Of a stretch of 64,000 bases of DNA, positions 31,905 to 41,474 are shown piece after piece. The notes beneath the pieces were generated by a model. That model saw only the letters and a list, made by a program, of their open reading frames with translations, was not told the DNA's origin and did no database searches. The DNA lies in the NCBI GenBank assembly GCA_963777605.1, contig CAVZRV010000031.1, positions 160,001 to 224,000 of the forward strand, given 5' to 3'. Source of the stretch: an uncultured Acidobacteriota bacterium. Lineage in GTDB: Bacteria; Acidobacteriota; UBA6911; RPQK01; JAPXNP01. The position numbers were made by a program, and so were the translations under genes. Numbering within the stretch: position 1 is the stretch's first letter; every line of letters starts with the position of its first letter.

Positions 31905-32168
31905 ATGGCTTTCGTTATCACTGAGCCCTGTATCGGAGTGAAGGACACGGCATGTGTGGATGCCTGCCCAGTGGACTGTATTCACCCTCGCGCCGACGAA
32001 GAGGAATTCCAGGCTGCAACCCAATTGTATATCGACCCCGAAGAATGTATCGACTGCGGGGCCTGCGTCCCGGAGTGTCCGGTAGAAGCCATCTTTCCCG
32101 AAGACGAAGTTCCGGAACGCTGGGCCCACTATGTGGAGATTAACCGCGACCAGTTCGCGAAGAGATGA
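31905..32168 (+). CDS. Ferredoxin (7Fe/FdxA type)
   Basis: MAFVITEPCIGVKDTACVDACPVDCIH...YIDPEECIDCGACVPECPVEAIF. Confidence 0.95.
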   Translation: MAFVITEPCIGVKDTACVDACPVDCIHPRADEEEFQAATQLYIDPEECIDCGACVPECPVEAIFPEDEVPERWAHYVEINRDQFAKR

Positions 32169-32257
32169 CTCGCAGGAGCAGTCCATGAACTGCTTCATCA
32201 CGATAGCGGATGGTCCCCTTCAAGGCCTCTGGGCCTGGCGAAGTACCGACAGGAGAA

Positions 32258-33247
32258 ATGGGAATGGACAGACGAGCGGCGTCTGGCGAAGTTTGGGCGA
32301 TAGTTTTGGCAGGGGGAGAAGGACGCAGGATGTGTCCCTTTGTCGAGAAATGGCTGGGCCATGAACGGCCGAAGCAATATTGCTCCTTTTACGGATCGAA
32401 ATCTCTTCTCGGTCACACGCTCGACAGGGCGTCGCGACTGGTGGGTGAAGATCGTGTAGTGACGGTCATCGGGAAAGGCCACGATGTCTTCCTGCGGGAA
32501 GAAATCGATCTTCCAGGGCGCGTCCTGCAACAACCGGACGGAAAAGGAACGGGTCCGGGCGTTCTGTTGCCCTTGACTTACATCCATGCCAGAGACCCAA
32601 ACGCACAAGTCATCATTCTTCCGTCGGATCATTTCATCCATCCGGAAATGGTCTTCTTTAAAAGGATCATGGAAGCGACGGAACTCCTCGACTGCGACGA
32701 GAATCGTCTCGTCATTCTGGCAGCCGTGCCTCAGGGACCAGAACCGGAGTATGGCTGGATTGAGCCGGGCGGAGAACCGGACTGCACGCACCGTTCCATC
32801 TCCATTCCCGCTCAGCAGGTTAAGAGCTTCGTGGAGAAACCGACGTCTAGCCAGGCTCGTCAGTGCTTTGATTGCGGCCATTTTTGGAGCACCATGATCG
32901 TCGTATCCCGGGCTGGAACCCTCTGGTCGATCCTGGGCCAGTTGCAGCCAGAGGCGCTGAGACAATTTGAAAAGCTGCGCCAAGGCTTTCAGGCGATTCA
33001 GAACCGGCAATTTGCCCTCGGGGCCGAGGATATCCTGTTGAAAAAGGCATATTCGAATATGTTGAACTTCGATTTCTCGAGAGACGTCCTCATGCCGTCG
33101 GTCGACAAGTGCCTTTTCGTCCCCCTGGAAGGCGTGACATGGAGCGATCTCGGACGCCCGCAGAGAGTATTGGAGGTTCTGGAACAGACAGGAAACGAGC
33201 CCAATTTTCCCCGAGACCTTGTCCGTTTCCCGGAATTGCTGGCCTAA
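32258..33247 (+). CDS. Sugar-phosphate nucleotidyltransferase (mannose-1-phosphate guanylyltransferase-like)
   Basis: AIVLAGGEGRRM, PKQYC, LPSDH, EYGWIEPG, FVEKP, WSDLG; AGGAG RBS before ATG 32258. Confidence 0.85.
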   Translation: MGMDRRAASGEVWAIVLAGGEGRRMCPFVEKWLGHERPKQYCSFYGSKSLLGHTLDRASRLVGEDRVVTVIGKGHDVFLREEIDLPGRVLQQPDGKGTGPGVLLPLTYIHARDPNAQVIILPSDHFIHPEMVFFKRIMEATELLDCDENRLVILAAVPQGPEPEYGWIEPGGEPDCTHRSISIPAQQVKSFVEKPTSSQARQCFDCGHFWSTMIVVSRAGTLWSILGQLQPEALRQFEKLRQGFQAIQNRQFALGAEDILLKKAYSNMLNFDFSRDVLMPSVDKCLFVPLEGVTWSDLGRPQRVLEVLEQTGNEPNFPRDLVRFPELLA

Positions 33248-33897
33248 GCAGTCGGCCCCGACCAAATCTTCGGCGTGGGAAAGCGTGAGAAATTTCACAC
33301 CTGGGCCATCAGCCTCACGTTAAAGGGGTCCGATCGTGTCCATCTAAGATTCCGAAAACGGAATTCAAGATCCCTGGATCGCGGCGCGCGAAACCCTACT
33401 GGCTGCCCAGCGTTTTGAGGTAGGCGACCAGTTCATTGAGTTCCTGCTCCGACATGCTCCACCGCGGCATCGCATCCTCCAGAGGGTTGCCGGCAGGATC
33501 GAGGCCCTGAGATTATGGCACGCTTCAGATAGAGCGTCGGTGTAGGGTGGATGATCGTCGTGGTGATGCTCACCGCCCTCTTCCCCGGAGTGGTGATGAT
33601 TCTAATTCTTTGGTGATTCATCCGTGCAGTCACGTCCACGCACGATTCAGACCGGCCGATCGGGGCCAGCGGGGCAATGACCCTGATCCGTTGTTGATTC
33701 CGACGATGTGCTGAGCGCTCCCCGACCCTTCCTGAATGTTTCTGGGCGAATCTGAATGAGACATTCTCGTCAGCCGTTGCAATTTTGCCTCGGTGCCACG
33801 CCCCGAATCTGGTGAGCGAGCGACCGGAGAACCGCATGTTCTTTGAGCACGGCTCGATTCGCGCAAATGGAACAGTTCTTGCCCCTAGGAGACAGTT

Positions 33898-34257
33898 ATG
33901 ATCTGGATGGGCCTGTTGATGACCGCACCGCTCTGGGGGATCGGTCTGTTTTTCTGGTTCTCGACGGCTACGGCGGTCCTCCTCTACGCGACCCTTCTAT
34001 GCGCCTCACTATTTCTGGACTGGTTGATGATGGGTGCCATGCATCTTCCGGTTCGCAGCGGAAAGAGGGGGATGCTCGGAGAATCGGCTCGGGTCCTTTC
34101 CTGGGAAGGTAACTCGGGAACGGTTCTGTGCGAGGGTGAAACTTGGAAAGCCCAATGTGTCGACAATCGACCTCTGCACGCTGACGACCCCGTCAAGGTC
34201 GAAAGAGTCTCCTCGATGAAATTGTTGGTCAGACCCTCCAAGAGATCACCGGACTGA
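33898..34257 (+). CDS. NfeD family protein (TM segment + OB-fold)
   Basis: PVRSGKRGMLG, GTVLCEGETWKA, VKVERVSSMKLLV. Confidence 0.75.
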   Translation: MIWMGLLMTAPLWGIGLFFWFSTATAVLLYATLLCASLFLDWLMMGAMHLPVRSGKRGMLGESARVLSWEGNSGTVLCEGETWKAQCVDNRPLHADDPVKVERVSSMKLLVRPSKRSPD

Positions 34258-34689
34258 CACCAACAGGCTGCTACAAAAGATTCCCAGGCAACCCTCTTTT
34301 GTGCCTACTTCGACGGAAGTGTGATTCCCGGAAAATCGCACTTCTGGTGAGACCAACTCACTCCCGCCCGAAGGAACGGCGACCCCATATACTGTTTCAC
34401 TTCCAACACGCCGGCTGCATGAGTTGCCACACCCGAAGCGAGTCGCAGGATCATCTCTTCCTTTGCGCAGGCCGGCTTCGGTGCTTCACGCAAGTCCCCG
34501 TGATGTTCGGAACGATTATTGCTGCCTCACGATATTGTGTTTCCGCTTCATGCGATCCGGTTGATGCTTGACTGACGAGAGGCTTCCCAGGAATGACCCA
34601 TGCCGAGGAAGGCGTTATCCCCTCGATGGATCGTTAACGGCTTGCTTGTCGGACGGGAGATCGCGTTGGGTCACAGAGAGGAGTAACTT

Positions 34690-35031
34690 GTGATTAGGGA
34701 TTGGATCAACGTCATATTGGGTTTCTGGATGGCCGTATCTCCATGGATCCTTGGGTTGGATAGGCTGCGCTATCCCCACGTCGTATCAAACTGCCTTTTC
34801 ACAGGGATCTTGATTGGAATTCTATCCTTAATTGCCGCTTACCGCGAAGAACTGTGGCTCAGGCTGACCGTAATCGTCCTCGCGCTTTGGCTGCTGATTG
34901 CGCCGGCGACGCTTGCGTACACCGGCGCGGAATCGATGATCTGGAATAACGTAGTCACCTCCTTCTTCGTTACCGCGTTGTCGCTGTGGCGGTTGGAGGA
35001 ACTCTGGCTTCGGGGTCACGTAAGACGCTGA
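34690..35031 (+). CDS. SPW repeat membrane protein
   Basis: DWINVILGFWMAVSPWILG; LALWLLIAP; WNNVV; GAGGAG RBS. Confidence 0.8.
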   Translation: MIRDWINVILGFWMAVSPWILGLDRLRYPHVVSNCLFTGILIGILSLIAAYREELWLRLTVIVLALWLLIAPATLAYTGAESMIWNNVVTSFFVTALSLWRLEELWLRGHVRR

Positions 35032-35090
35032 CAATACTCAGTCAAGTTGGCCGTTCAAATTGTCCACTCATCGTTAGTGGGGAGGCAGAA

Positions 35091-35525
35091 ATGGATCGCG
35101 GCCTCTCGTTGCTACTGGTGGCACTGGTTGCATTCACACTGAACCTGACCTGGGAGGTACTTCACGCTCCCTTATATGCGGGGGTACGACCGATCCGAGA
35201 GCACCTGCCGCACCTGGTCATTGCGTCGGTTGGGGACGTCCTTCTCGTGATAATCCCCGTGATAGCGTTTGGTCTCTGGTATCGACGGATCTGGTGGTTC
35301 AAAAAGCTGACCCGCCCCCGCATCGCAGCCTTCGTGGCCGTGTCAGCGATCGTGAGCGCGACGAACGAGTCAATTAATCTGCTGCTCCTCCACCGCTGGG
35401 AATACACCGCCCAAATGCCCACTCTTCCCGTTATTCCGATCGGTGTTTCGCCCCTGTTGCAACTAACCGTGACGCCTCTTCTGTCATTGCTCATCGCAAA
35501 CCTGATTCTCAGGAGTCGTCACTGA
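35091..35525 (+). CDS. Hypothetical membrane protein
   Basis: LNLTWEVLHAPLY, SVGD, RWEYTAQMP, GVSPLLQ; about four TM segments; GGGGAGG RBS. Confidence 0.7.
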   Translation: MDRGLSLLLVALVAFTLNLTWEVLHAPLYAGVRPIREHLPHLVIASVGDVLLVIIPVIAFGLWYRRIWWFKKLTRPRIAAFVAVSAIVSATNESINLLLLHRWEYTAQMPTLPVIPIGVSPLLQLTVTPLLSLLIANLILRSRH

Positions 35526-35692
35526 ATGCGATCGGCGATGTGGACCGTTTTCTTCCGATCAGGAGTTCCCTTTACGTATTTCTGCGCAGGGTCGTAAAGC
35601 TCCCTGGGTCCCAGGTCTGCGGTCGGGATGTCGATCCAACTCGGTGGAATCGGGACATGAGGGCGCATAGACTGTCAGAAAGGAGTACTGAA

Positions 35693-35953
35693 ATGGAAAT
35701 CATTCTCGCTGCAACGCGCACTTGTCATCATCGCCCGATCCTTGAGAGCGAATTCAAGAAGAATGGAGTGTCCTATCAAGTCCGATACTTCGAGGATCAC
35801 CCTGAGATGGTCGAGAGTCTGGGCTATAAGGAGTCGCCGGTTGTCATCGTTGACGGCGAGGTTCGTTTCCGGGGCATGCCTGAGATCACGGAACTTCATC
35901 GGTTTGTCGAGGAACTGAATGAGGATGAAGACAGAAGCAAACCAGTCCGATAA
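35693..35953 (+). CDS. Small glutaredoxin/thioredoxin-fold protein (CxxR variant)
   Basis: AAGGAG RBS; ATRTCHHRPIL...ESPVVIVDGEVRFRGMP. Confidence 0.7.
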   Translation: MEIILAATRTCHHRPILESEFKKNGVSYQVRYFEDHPEMVESLGYKESPVVIVDGEVRFRGMPEITELHRFVEELNEDEDRSKPVR

Positions 35954-36022
35954 CGACCCTTGAAGGTGCTTCGTGCTTCGAATGTCGTAATGGCTCTGAC
36001 GGTTCGCTCGTTGAATCCTCGT

Positions 36023-36260
36023 CTACGAATCAGCGCGGAGTTCGAACGCCGCGAGTGGCCCGTCAGGCCTGTGCTGCATGAGTTTGACCAGACTGCCTTT
36101 CAAGCTGTCGACACGAACGATTCGCAGACCGGACCGCTCGACGTTTTTCACTGTCTGGCGATTGATGTTCGCCCCCGAAAAACCCACGACGAGCGGGTTG
36201 GCCAGGTCCATCAGTCGACTATCACAGGCCTGTCGATGCGGACGTGTTCCATCCCATGGT
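36023..36260 (-). pseudogene. C-terminal remnant of a class I SAM-dependent methyltransferase
   Basis: MEHVRIDRPVI..MDLANPLVV..GANINRQTVKNVERSGL. Confidence 0.55.
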
Positions 36261-36533
36261 TTAACAGATGACTCTTTGGATCACCAATATCGCTGCGGCA
36301 TCGGCAGTGGCTAAATAACTCCGAGATAGGCCTGCCAAATCGAACGGCCGCCAAGCGGAACCATTCCCTGGAGAGCTTGCCGTTGCTGAGGAAATCAGCC
36401 GCGGATGGAATCCCCTTCCCCAAACTCAACGCACACTGGTGCGAGGAAGTGCGCGACCGATTCCTGAGTTAGCGAGCCGTCCCGTAGATCAGCCAAATCG
36501 CAATTGCGACTAACAAGAGCGCGAAATACTTCT

Positions 36534-37268
36534 TCAGTTTCGATTGGTCGGCCTTGACGGCGAAGCGCGGACCGATCTGGGAGCCGACGAACACTCCGCC
36601 GCAAGGACTGCCGTGAGCAGCCAGTCAAAATGGCCGCGCAACACGTGACCTACGAACCCGGTTAGCGCCGTCACGCGGATCATGAGTGAGGAGCTGCCGA
36701 TCGCAATAGTCATCGGCACTCCACACAGGACGACGACGGCCGGGACTTTGATTAGGCCGCCGCCGACTCCCAGCATCCCGGCCACGAATCCGGCCGCGAG
36801 CATCAGGGGAACCATAGCGAGGATGTTGATGATGTACGGCTGTGAAACCCCGGTTCGATGCCACAACCACCAGTGCTTCGCTCCGAAGTCTCTCTCTGCA
36901 ACCCTCTGCGGCGGATCGAACAGGTACCAGGCGCCCACCAGAAGCACCGCAGCGAAGCAGCCTTTGGCAAAAGCAGGAGGAATGTAGAGGGACAGGTAGC
37001 CGCCCAGGAAAGCACCGATGTTGGTGGGGGGCTCAATCAAGAGAACGAGTTTCCAGTCCACTGTCCTGGCCTTGGCGAAGACCAGCATCGATGAAAAGGA
37101 CACCACCATGATCAGAACCTGGCTGGTCGTCGCCGCGACGTAAATCGGCACGGAGAGTGCCAACAGCATCGGAACGTAGAAGGCCCCGCCACCCTGGCCG
37201 AACATGGAGAAGATGGCGGAGACGATCAAAAACATGAAGAACAGGAGAATCAGTGTTTCAACCGGCAT
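36534..37268 (-). CDS. TauE/SafE (TSUP) family membrane transporter, C-terminus apparently truncated or frameshifted
   Basis: SMFGQGGGAFYVP, GAFLGG, AGMLGVGGGLIKVP, AIGSS. Confidence 0.85.
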   Translation of the reverse strand: MPVETLILLFFMFLIVSAIFSMFGQGGGAFYVPMLLALSVPIYVAATTSQVLIMVVSFSSMLVFAKARTVDWKLVLLIEPPTNIGAFLGGYLSLYIPPAFAKGCFAAVLLVGAWYLFDPPQRVAERDFGAKHWWLWHRTGVSQPYIINILAMVPLMLAAGFVAGMLGVGGGLIKVPAVVVLCGVPMTIAIGSSSLMIRVTALTGFVGHVLRGHFDWLLTAVLAAECSSAPRSVRASPSRPTNRN

Positions 37269-37340
37269 TTCATCTGTCCTCTTGTTTTCCGGAAGGTCGG
37301 CCCAGCTGACTCAGGAATATGTCCGCCCGTGTCCCAAGAT

Positions 37341-37950
37341 TCAGTCCGGGTAGCCAGAACAAGGAATGCAGACCAGTTGACCGTCTTCGGTAACGCGCAG
37401 CTTGTTCACGAAAGTCAGCTCGCCGCAGGCGGTACAGCGCTTCGCGGCGAAACTTGCCTTCCCCTTGTGGACCTCCACCTGATGCACGGTGCCGATGTCG
37501 AGGAAGTCGTCTTCGTCCAAGGTGAGAATTCGATCGACAAGCGGATCGGCAATCTCCGGCTCGATGCTCTGCGGTGGGATTCCCGCCTTGCGCTTCTGTA
37601 CGAACGGTGAGGCAAGTGCCTTCTCAAAGAAATCCGGCTTCAGCGAGACGCGCACGGCCCGACCGCTCTGTTGATCGATCAACGTGAAGGCCATCTTGTT
37701 TACGTAGCGCTTCTCGATGTTCGATTTCCCATACGTGCATCCTGTTGCGGTCATGATTCCGTCGAGAAAGCAACCCGCCGCGTGCCCTTTTCCAGTTTCC
37801 GAGATGACGAACAGTTCCTTGTCCTGTGCCCGGGCTACCCCGAGGATCCTCATTGCCGCCAAACCGGCGCGCAGTCCCATCGGCATGGCCGGGCATTTGT
37901 GTCCGTGAAACGCCATGCCGAGTTCGAACAGTGCGTTAAGGTCATTCATA
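37341..37950 (-). CDS. FmdE family protein with C-terminal zinc finger
   Basis: [35 protein letters not shown]...CIPC; AAGGAG RBS before ATG 37950. Confidence 0.88.
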
Positions 37951-38057
37951 ATGTGGACTCCTTCTTGTGGCATTCGAAAATCCTCTCCCCGTTCGATTCC
38001 GGGAATCATTTGTTTTCCAGGTTCCGGCGGATTCGGGTCAGCGTCCGAATCGCCGAT

Positions 38058-38430
38058 TCAAGCTCGTCCGGCGGCAATCCCCGGTAGGCTTCTTCGAGAA
38101 GCTCCGGGCATGTTTTGAGAGTTGCCCAAAGTCTTCAGAGCTTCTTCGGTAGGCGAGACCACCTTTACGCGTCGGTCTCCGGAAACTGGACCTCTTGTCA
38201 CCCAGCCGTCCCGCTCCATTCGATCGACCAGTCGTACTGTGGAAGAGGCCGTAATTCCGAGTTGAGACGCCAACTCCGACCGGGTCATGGGTCCCAGTCC
38301 GAGGAGATGAGCAAGTGCCACAGACTGCACGCGGCTGGCACCCGTGCCGTTCAGCTTTCACTCCAGTGCCAACGCGAAAGCTCGGAAAGTCACGGAGCAC
38401 TGAAAGCCGATGCTGTCTCCGGGTTAAACG
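38058..38430 (-). pseudogene. MarR family regulator (frameshifted)
   Basis: SIGFQCSVTFRAF; GPMTRSELASQLGITASSTVRLVDRMERDGWVTR..DRRVKVV. Confidence 0.75.
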
Positions 38431-38613
38431 TCCTACTCAGATATGATATTGATGCGCATACTAACGAGTAAATTGCACGTCAACTGAGCCGCGCGGAGTG
38501 CCGTCAACTGCCAATCTGGCAGGGGAAAGGCTGCTCGGGGAACCAACCGAACGGATTTGGGGTTCCGCCAGTGCAAGACAGTCATCCGAAGGCTTGTGGC
38601 GATGGATCGCTCC

Positions 38614-38629
38614 ATGGTAATATTGCCAT
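38614..38629. promoter_or_regulatory. Putative ArsR operator 1, overlapping -10 TAATAT
   Basis: ATGGTAATATTGCCAT, 14/16 palindrome ending 6 nt before the arsR ATG. Confidence 0.6.
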
Positions 38630-38635
38630 CTGGAA

Positions 38636-38956
38636 ATGAAAAAGTTGCCGCAACAGTACGAAGCAAGAGCCAAAATCGCCCGCGCCCTCGCTCACCCCAC
38701 GCGCCTGCTGATCCTCGATGCATTGAGCGAACGAGATCTGTGCGTGGGCGAGATGACCGAACTCGTCGGATCGGATCAGTCGACGGTCTCGAAGCATTTG
38801 GCGATTCTCAAAGAGGCAGGCTTTCTCCGAATGGAGAAGCAGGGTGCCATGAACTACTACTCGATCCGGTGCCAGTGCCTGGACCAGTTCTTCGGCTGCA
38901 TTGAATCGGTCCTGATCCAGAACCTTCGCGAGCAGCAGGAACTGGTTCAGTTGTGA
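38636..38956 (+). CDS. arsR: ArsR/SmtB family repressor
   Basis: ARALAHPTRLLIL, LCVGEM, DQSTVSKHLAILKEAG, C-terminal CQC...C. Confidence 0.92.
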   Translation: MKKLPQQYEARAKIARALAHPTRLLILDALSERDLCVGEMTELVGSDQSTVSKHLAILKEAGFLRMEKQGAMNYYSIRCQCLDQFFGCIESVLIQNLREQQELVQL

Positions 38957-38984
38957 AGCAGGCTTCTTTTTGTTTGGACAGAAC

Positions 38985-39000
38985 ATGGCGATATGGCCAT
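38985..39000. promoter_or_regulatory. Putative ArsR operator 2
   Basis: ATGGCGATATGGCCAT: same 16-bp ATGG-N8-CCAT pattern as 38614-38629, upstream of the permease. Confidence 0.55.
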
Positions 39001-39020
39001 GGGTCGATCTGAAAGCAAAC

Positions 39021-40340
39021 ATGAGAGAATTCAAGATCTTCAGCGCGTTCGCGGGAATCTTCCTGGTCGCCTACTTCCTGCCCCTGTCGAATCCCAACAT
39101 CCAGGCCGCAATCCTGGAAGCTTTCCGGATGCTGCAGTGGTATGCCCGGAACCACACGCTGGCCTGCGTTGTGCCGGCACTCTTCATTGCAGGGGCGATC
39201 ACGACCTTCTTGTCCAAAGAGGCTGTGCTCAAGCACTTGGGACCGAAGGCACGCAAGGTGGAGGCGTACTCGGTGGCCTCCATTTCCGGAACCATTCTGG
39301 CCGTCTGTTCCTGCAGCGTACTGCCGATGTTCACCGGCATCTACCGGGTCGGGGCCGGCCTGGGACCAGCCTCAGCTTTCCTCTACTCCGGGCCTGCACT
39401 GAATATCCTGGCAATCTTTCTCACGGCCCGGGTCCTCGGGTTCCAACTCGGGCTCTGGCGTGCCATCGGAGCGATCGTTTTTGGAATCCTGCTCGGCCTG
39501 ATCATGGCCGCGCTGTTCCGCAAGGAGGAGAAGGAGCGGGAAGCAGCGACCATGCAACTCCCGGATCCGCCCCAGCCGCGACGAAAGCTCTGGCAGACAG
39601 CGCTCTACTTTGCGGCCATGATGGCGTTCCTGGTCTTTAGCGACTGGTACAACCCCGGAAACGTCACGGTTCAACTTAACGACGGAACCCAACTTCCGGG
39701 AGTGATGCTGCAGGAAACCCGCAACGATATCGTTCTCCAGCTCGAAGCAGCCGCGGCTTCCTACTCGGCCGGGGACAAGATTACGCTCCTGAAAGAAAAC
39801 GTCCAGTCCGTTCAGGAACAGGACAACTGGGTCATGGACATCTATCACGCCAAGTGGCTCCTCGCCGGCTTGATGGGCCTGGCAGTCCTGGCGATGGTCT
39901 GGCGCTGGTTCAATCGCGACGAGATCAACGAGTGGATGGCGAACACCTGGGATTTCACCAAGCTGCTGGTCCCGCTCCTGTTCGGAGGAGTGTTCATTGT
40001 TGGATTTCTGGGCCAACTGCTCCCCGACCAGCAGGTCGCGGCATGGGTGGGAGACAACGGTATCCTCTCCGTATTGGCCGCTTCCGTTGTCGGTTGTCTT
40101 TTCTACTTTGCCACGCTGACCGAGATCCCGATTCTCCAGTCACTGATCGAGCACGGCATGGCTCAAGGTCCGGCGCTGGCCTTGCTCCTCGCCGGGCCGG
40201 CCCTGTCGCTGCCGAGCATCCTGGTGATCCGTTCGGTCCTGGGAATCAAGAAGACCGCAGTATTTACCGCGCTCGTGATCGTCATGGCGACGGCTGCCGG
40301 GTTGATCTACGGGCTCCTTACAGATGGGGGATTGATATGA
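39021..40340 (+). CDS. DUF318/ArsP-type permease
   Basis: HTLACVVPALFIAG, AVCSCSVLP, FLYSGPALN, YFATLTEIPI, LLAGPALSLPS. Confidence 0.9.
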   Translation: MREFKIFSAFAGIFLVAYFLPLSNPNIQAAILEAFRMLQWYARNHTLACVVPALFIAGAITTFLSKEAVLKHLGPKARKVEAYSVASISGTILAVCSCSVLPMFTGIYRVGAGLGPASAFLYSGPALNILAIFLTARVLGFQLGLWRAIGAIVFGILLGLIMAALFRKEEKEREAATMQLPDPPQPRRKLWQTALYFAAMMAFLVFSDWYNPGNVTVQLNDGTQLPGVMLQETRNDIVLQLEAAAASYSAGDKITLLKENVQSVQEQDNWVMDIYHAKWLLAGLMGLAVLAMVWRWFNRDEINEWMANTWDFTKLLVPLLFGGVFIVGFLGQLLPDQQVAAWVGDNGILSVLAASVVGCLFYFATLTEIPILQSLIEHGMAQGPALALLLAGPALSLPSILVIRSVLGIKKTAVFTALVIVMATAAGLIYGLLTDGGLI

Positions 40341-40576
40341 AGATCGAAGTTCTGGGCCCGGGCTGCGCCAAATGCAAAACCCTGGCCGCTAATGCGGAGA
40401 ATGCAGTCGCCGAACTCGGACTCGACTGTGAGATTGAGAAAGTGACGTCGATCGACGAGATCGTGAAACGCGGAGTCCTGTTGACCCCTGCGCTGTCCAT
40501 CGACGGTAAGGTCCGGCTGGTGGGGAAGCCCTCATCGGTTGCCGAGATCAAGAACCTGCTGTCGGCCGAGGCATGA
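40337..40576 (+). CDS. Small redox-active disulfide protein (MTH895/TM0996/ArsE family)
   Basis: MKIEVLGPGCAKC...GVLLTPALSIDG; overlaps the permease stop (ATGA). Confidence 0.9.
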   Translation: MKIEVLGPGCAKCKTLAANAENAVAELGLDCEIEKVTSIDEIVKRGVLLTPALSIDGKVRLVGKPSSVAEIKNLLSAEA

Positions 40577-40627
40577 GGCCCCAGATGGAAACTCCGATAG
40601 CTTATCGGGGTTCGGAGGAAGCGATCG

Positions 40628-41446
40628 ATGTCGAAGGAGATTGGGCTCAAGAAACAGATCCAATCGAGTTACGGGAAACGGGCTCTGGAAGTCATTAATC
40701 AGGAATCCAGCTCCTGCTGCTGCGGCGACTCGAGCTGCGATCCGATCACCTCGGATCTGTACGATGCTCCCGAACAAGGCCTTGTGCCCGAGAAGGCCTT
40801 CCTGGCCTCGCTCGGATGCGGGAACCCCACGGCTCTTGCCGATCTCCAACCCGGAGAGACAGTTCTCGACCTGGGCAGTGGAGGCGGAATCGACGTCTTT
40901 CTGTCTGGGCGTCGGGTGGGACCCACCGGGAAGGCCTACGGCCTCGACATGACGGACGAGATGCTCGCATTGGCCCGGGACAACCAGAAGGCAGCCGGGG
41001 TTGACAACGTCGAGTTCCTGAAAGGCGAGATGGAAGACATTCCACTTCCGGACGGCTCCGTCGACGTGATCATCTCCAACTGCGTGATCAACCTGTCGGC
41101 CGACAAGGGCCGGGTGTTCCGGGAAGCCTTTCGCGTCCTGAGGCCCGGAGGACGAGTGACGGTCTCCGACGTCGTGGTTCGCGGCGCGATACCGGACGAG
41201 ATTAGACGAAACGTCGAGCTCTGGATCGGTTGCGTAGCGGGTGCGCTGGAGGAAACCGAGTACCGGGAGAAGCTCGAAGCCGCCGGGTTCGAGCAATTCA
41301 GCCTGGAACCGACCCGGATTTACCGGGTGGACGATGCCCGTGAGTTCCTGGCAGAACAGGGCATCGACGTCGATCCAATCGCCGATCTGATCGACGGCAA
41401 GTTCATGAGTGCCGTGGTTCGCGCCAGAAAGCCTGCCGAAGCTTGA
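40628..41446 (+). CDS. arsM: Arsenite S-adenosylmethionine methyltransferase
   Basis: [44 protein letters not shown]. Confidence 0.95.
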   Translation: MSKEIGLKKQIQSSYGKRALEVINQESSSCCCGDSSCDPITSDLYDAPEQGLVPEKAFLASLGCGNPTALADLQPGETVLDLGSGGGIDVFLSGRRVGPTGKAYGLDMTDEMLALARDNQKAAGVDNVEFLKGEMEDIPLPDGSVDVIISNCVINLSADKGRVFREAFRVLRPGGRVTVSDVVVRGAIPDEIRRNVELWIGCVAGALEETEYREKLEAAGFEQFSLEPTRIYRVDDAREFLAEQGIDVDPIADLIDGKFMSAVVRARKPAEA

Positions 41447-41474
41447 ACGGGGAATAGAAGGGGTACGTTCGATC

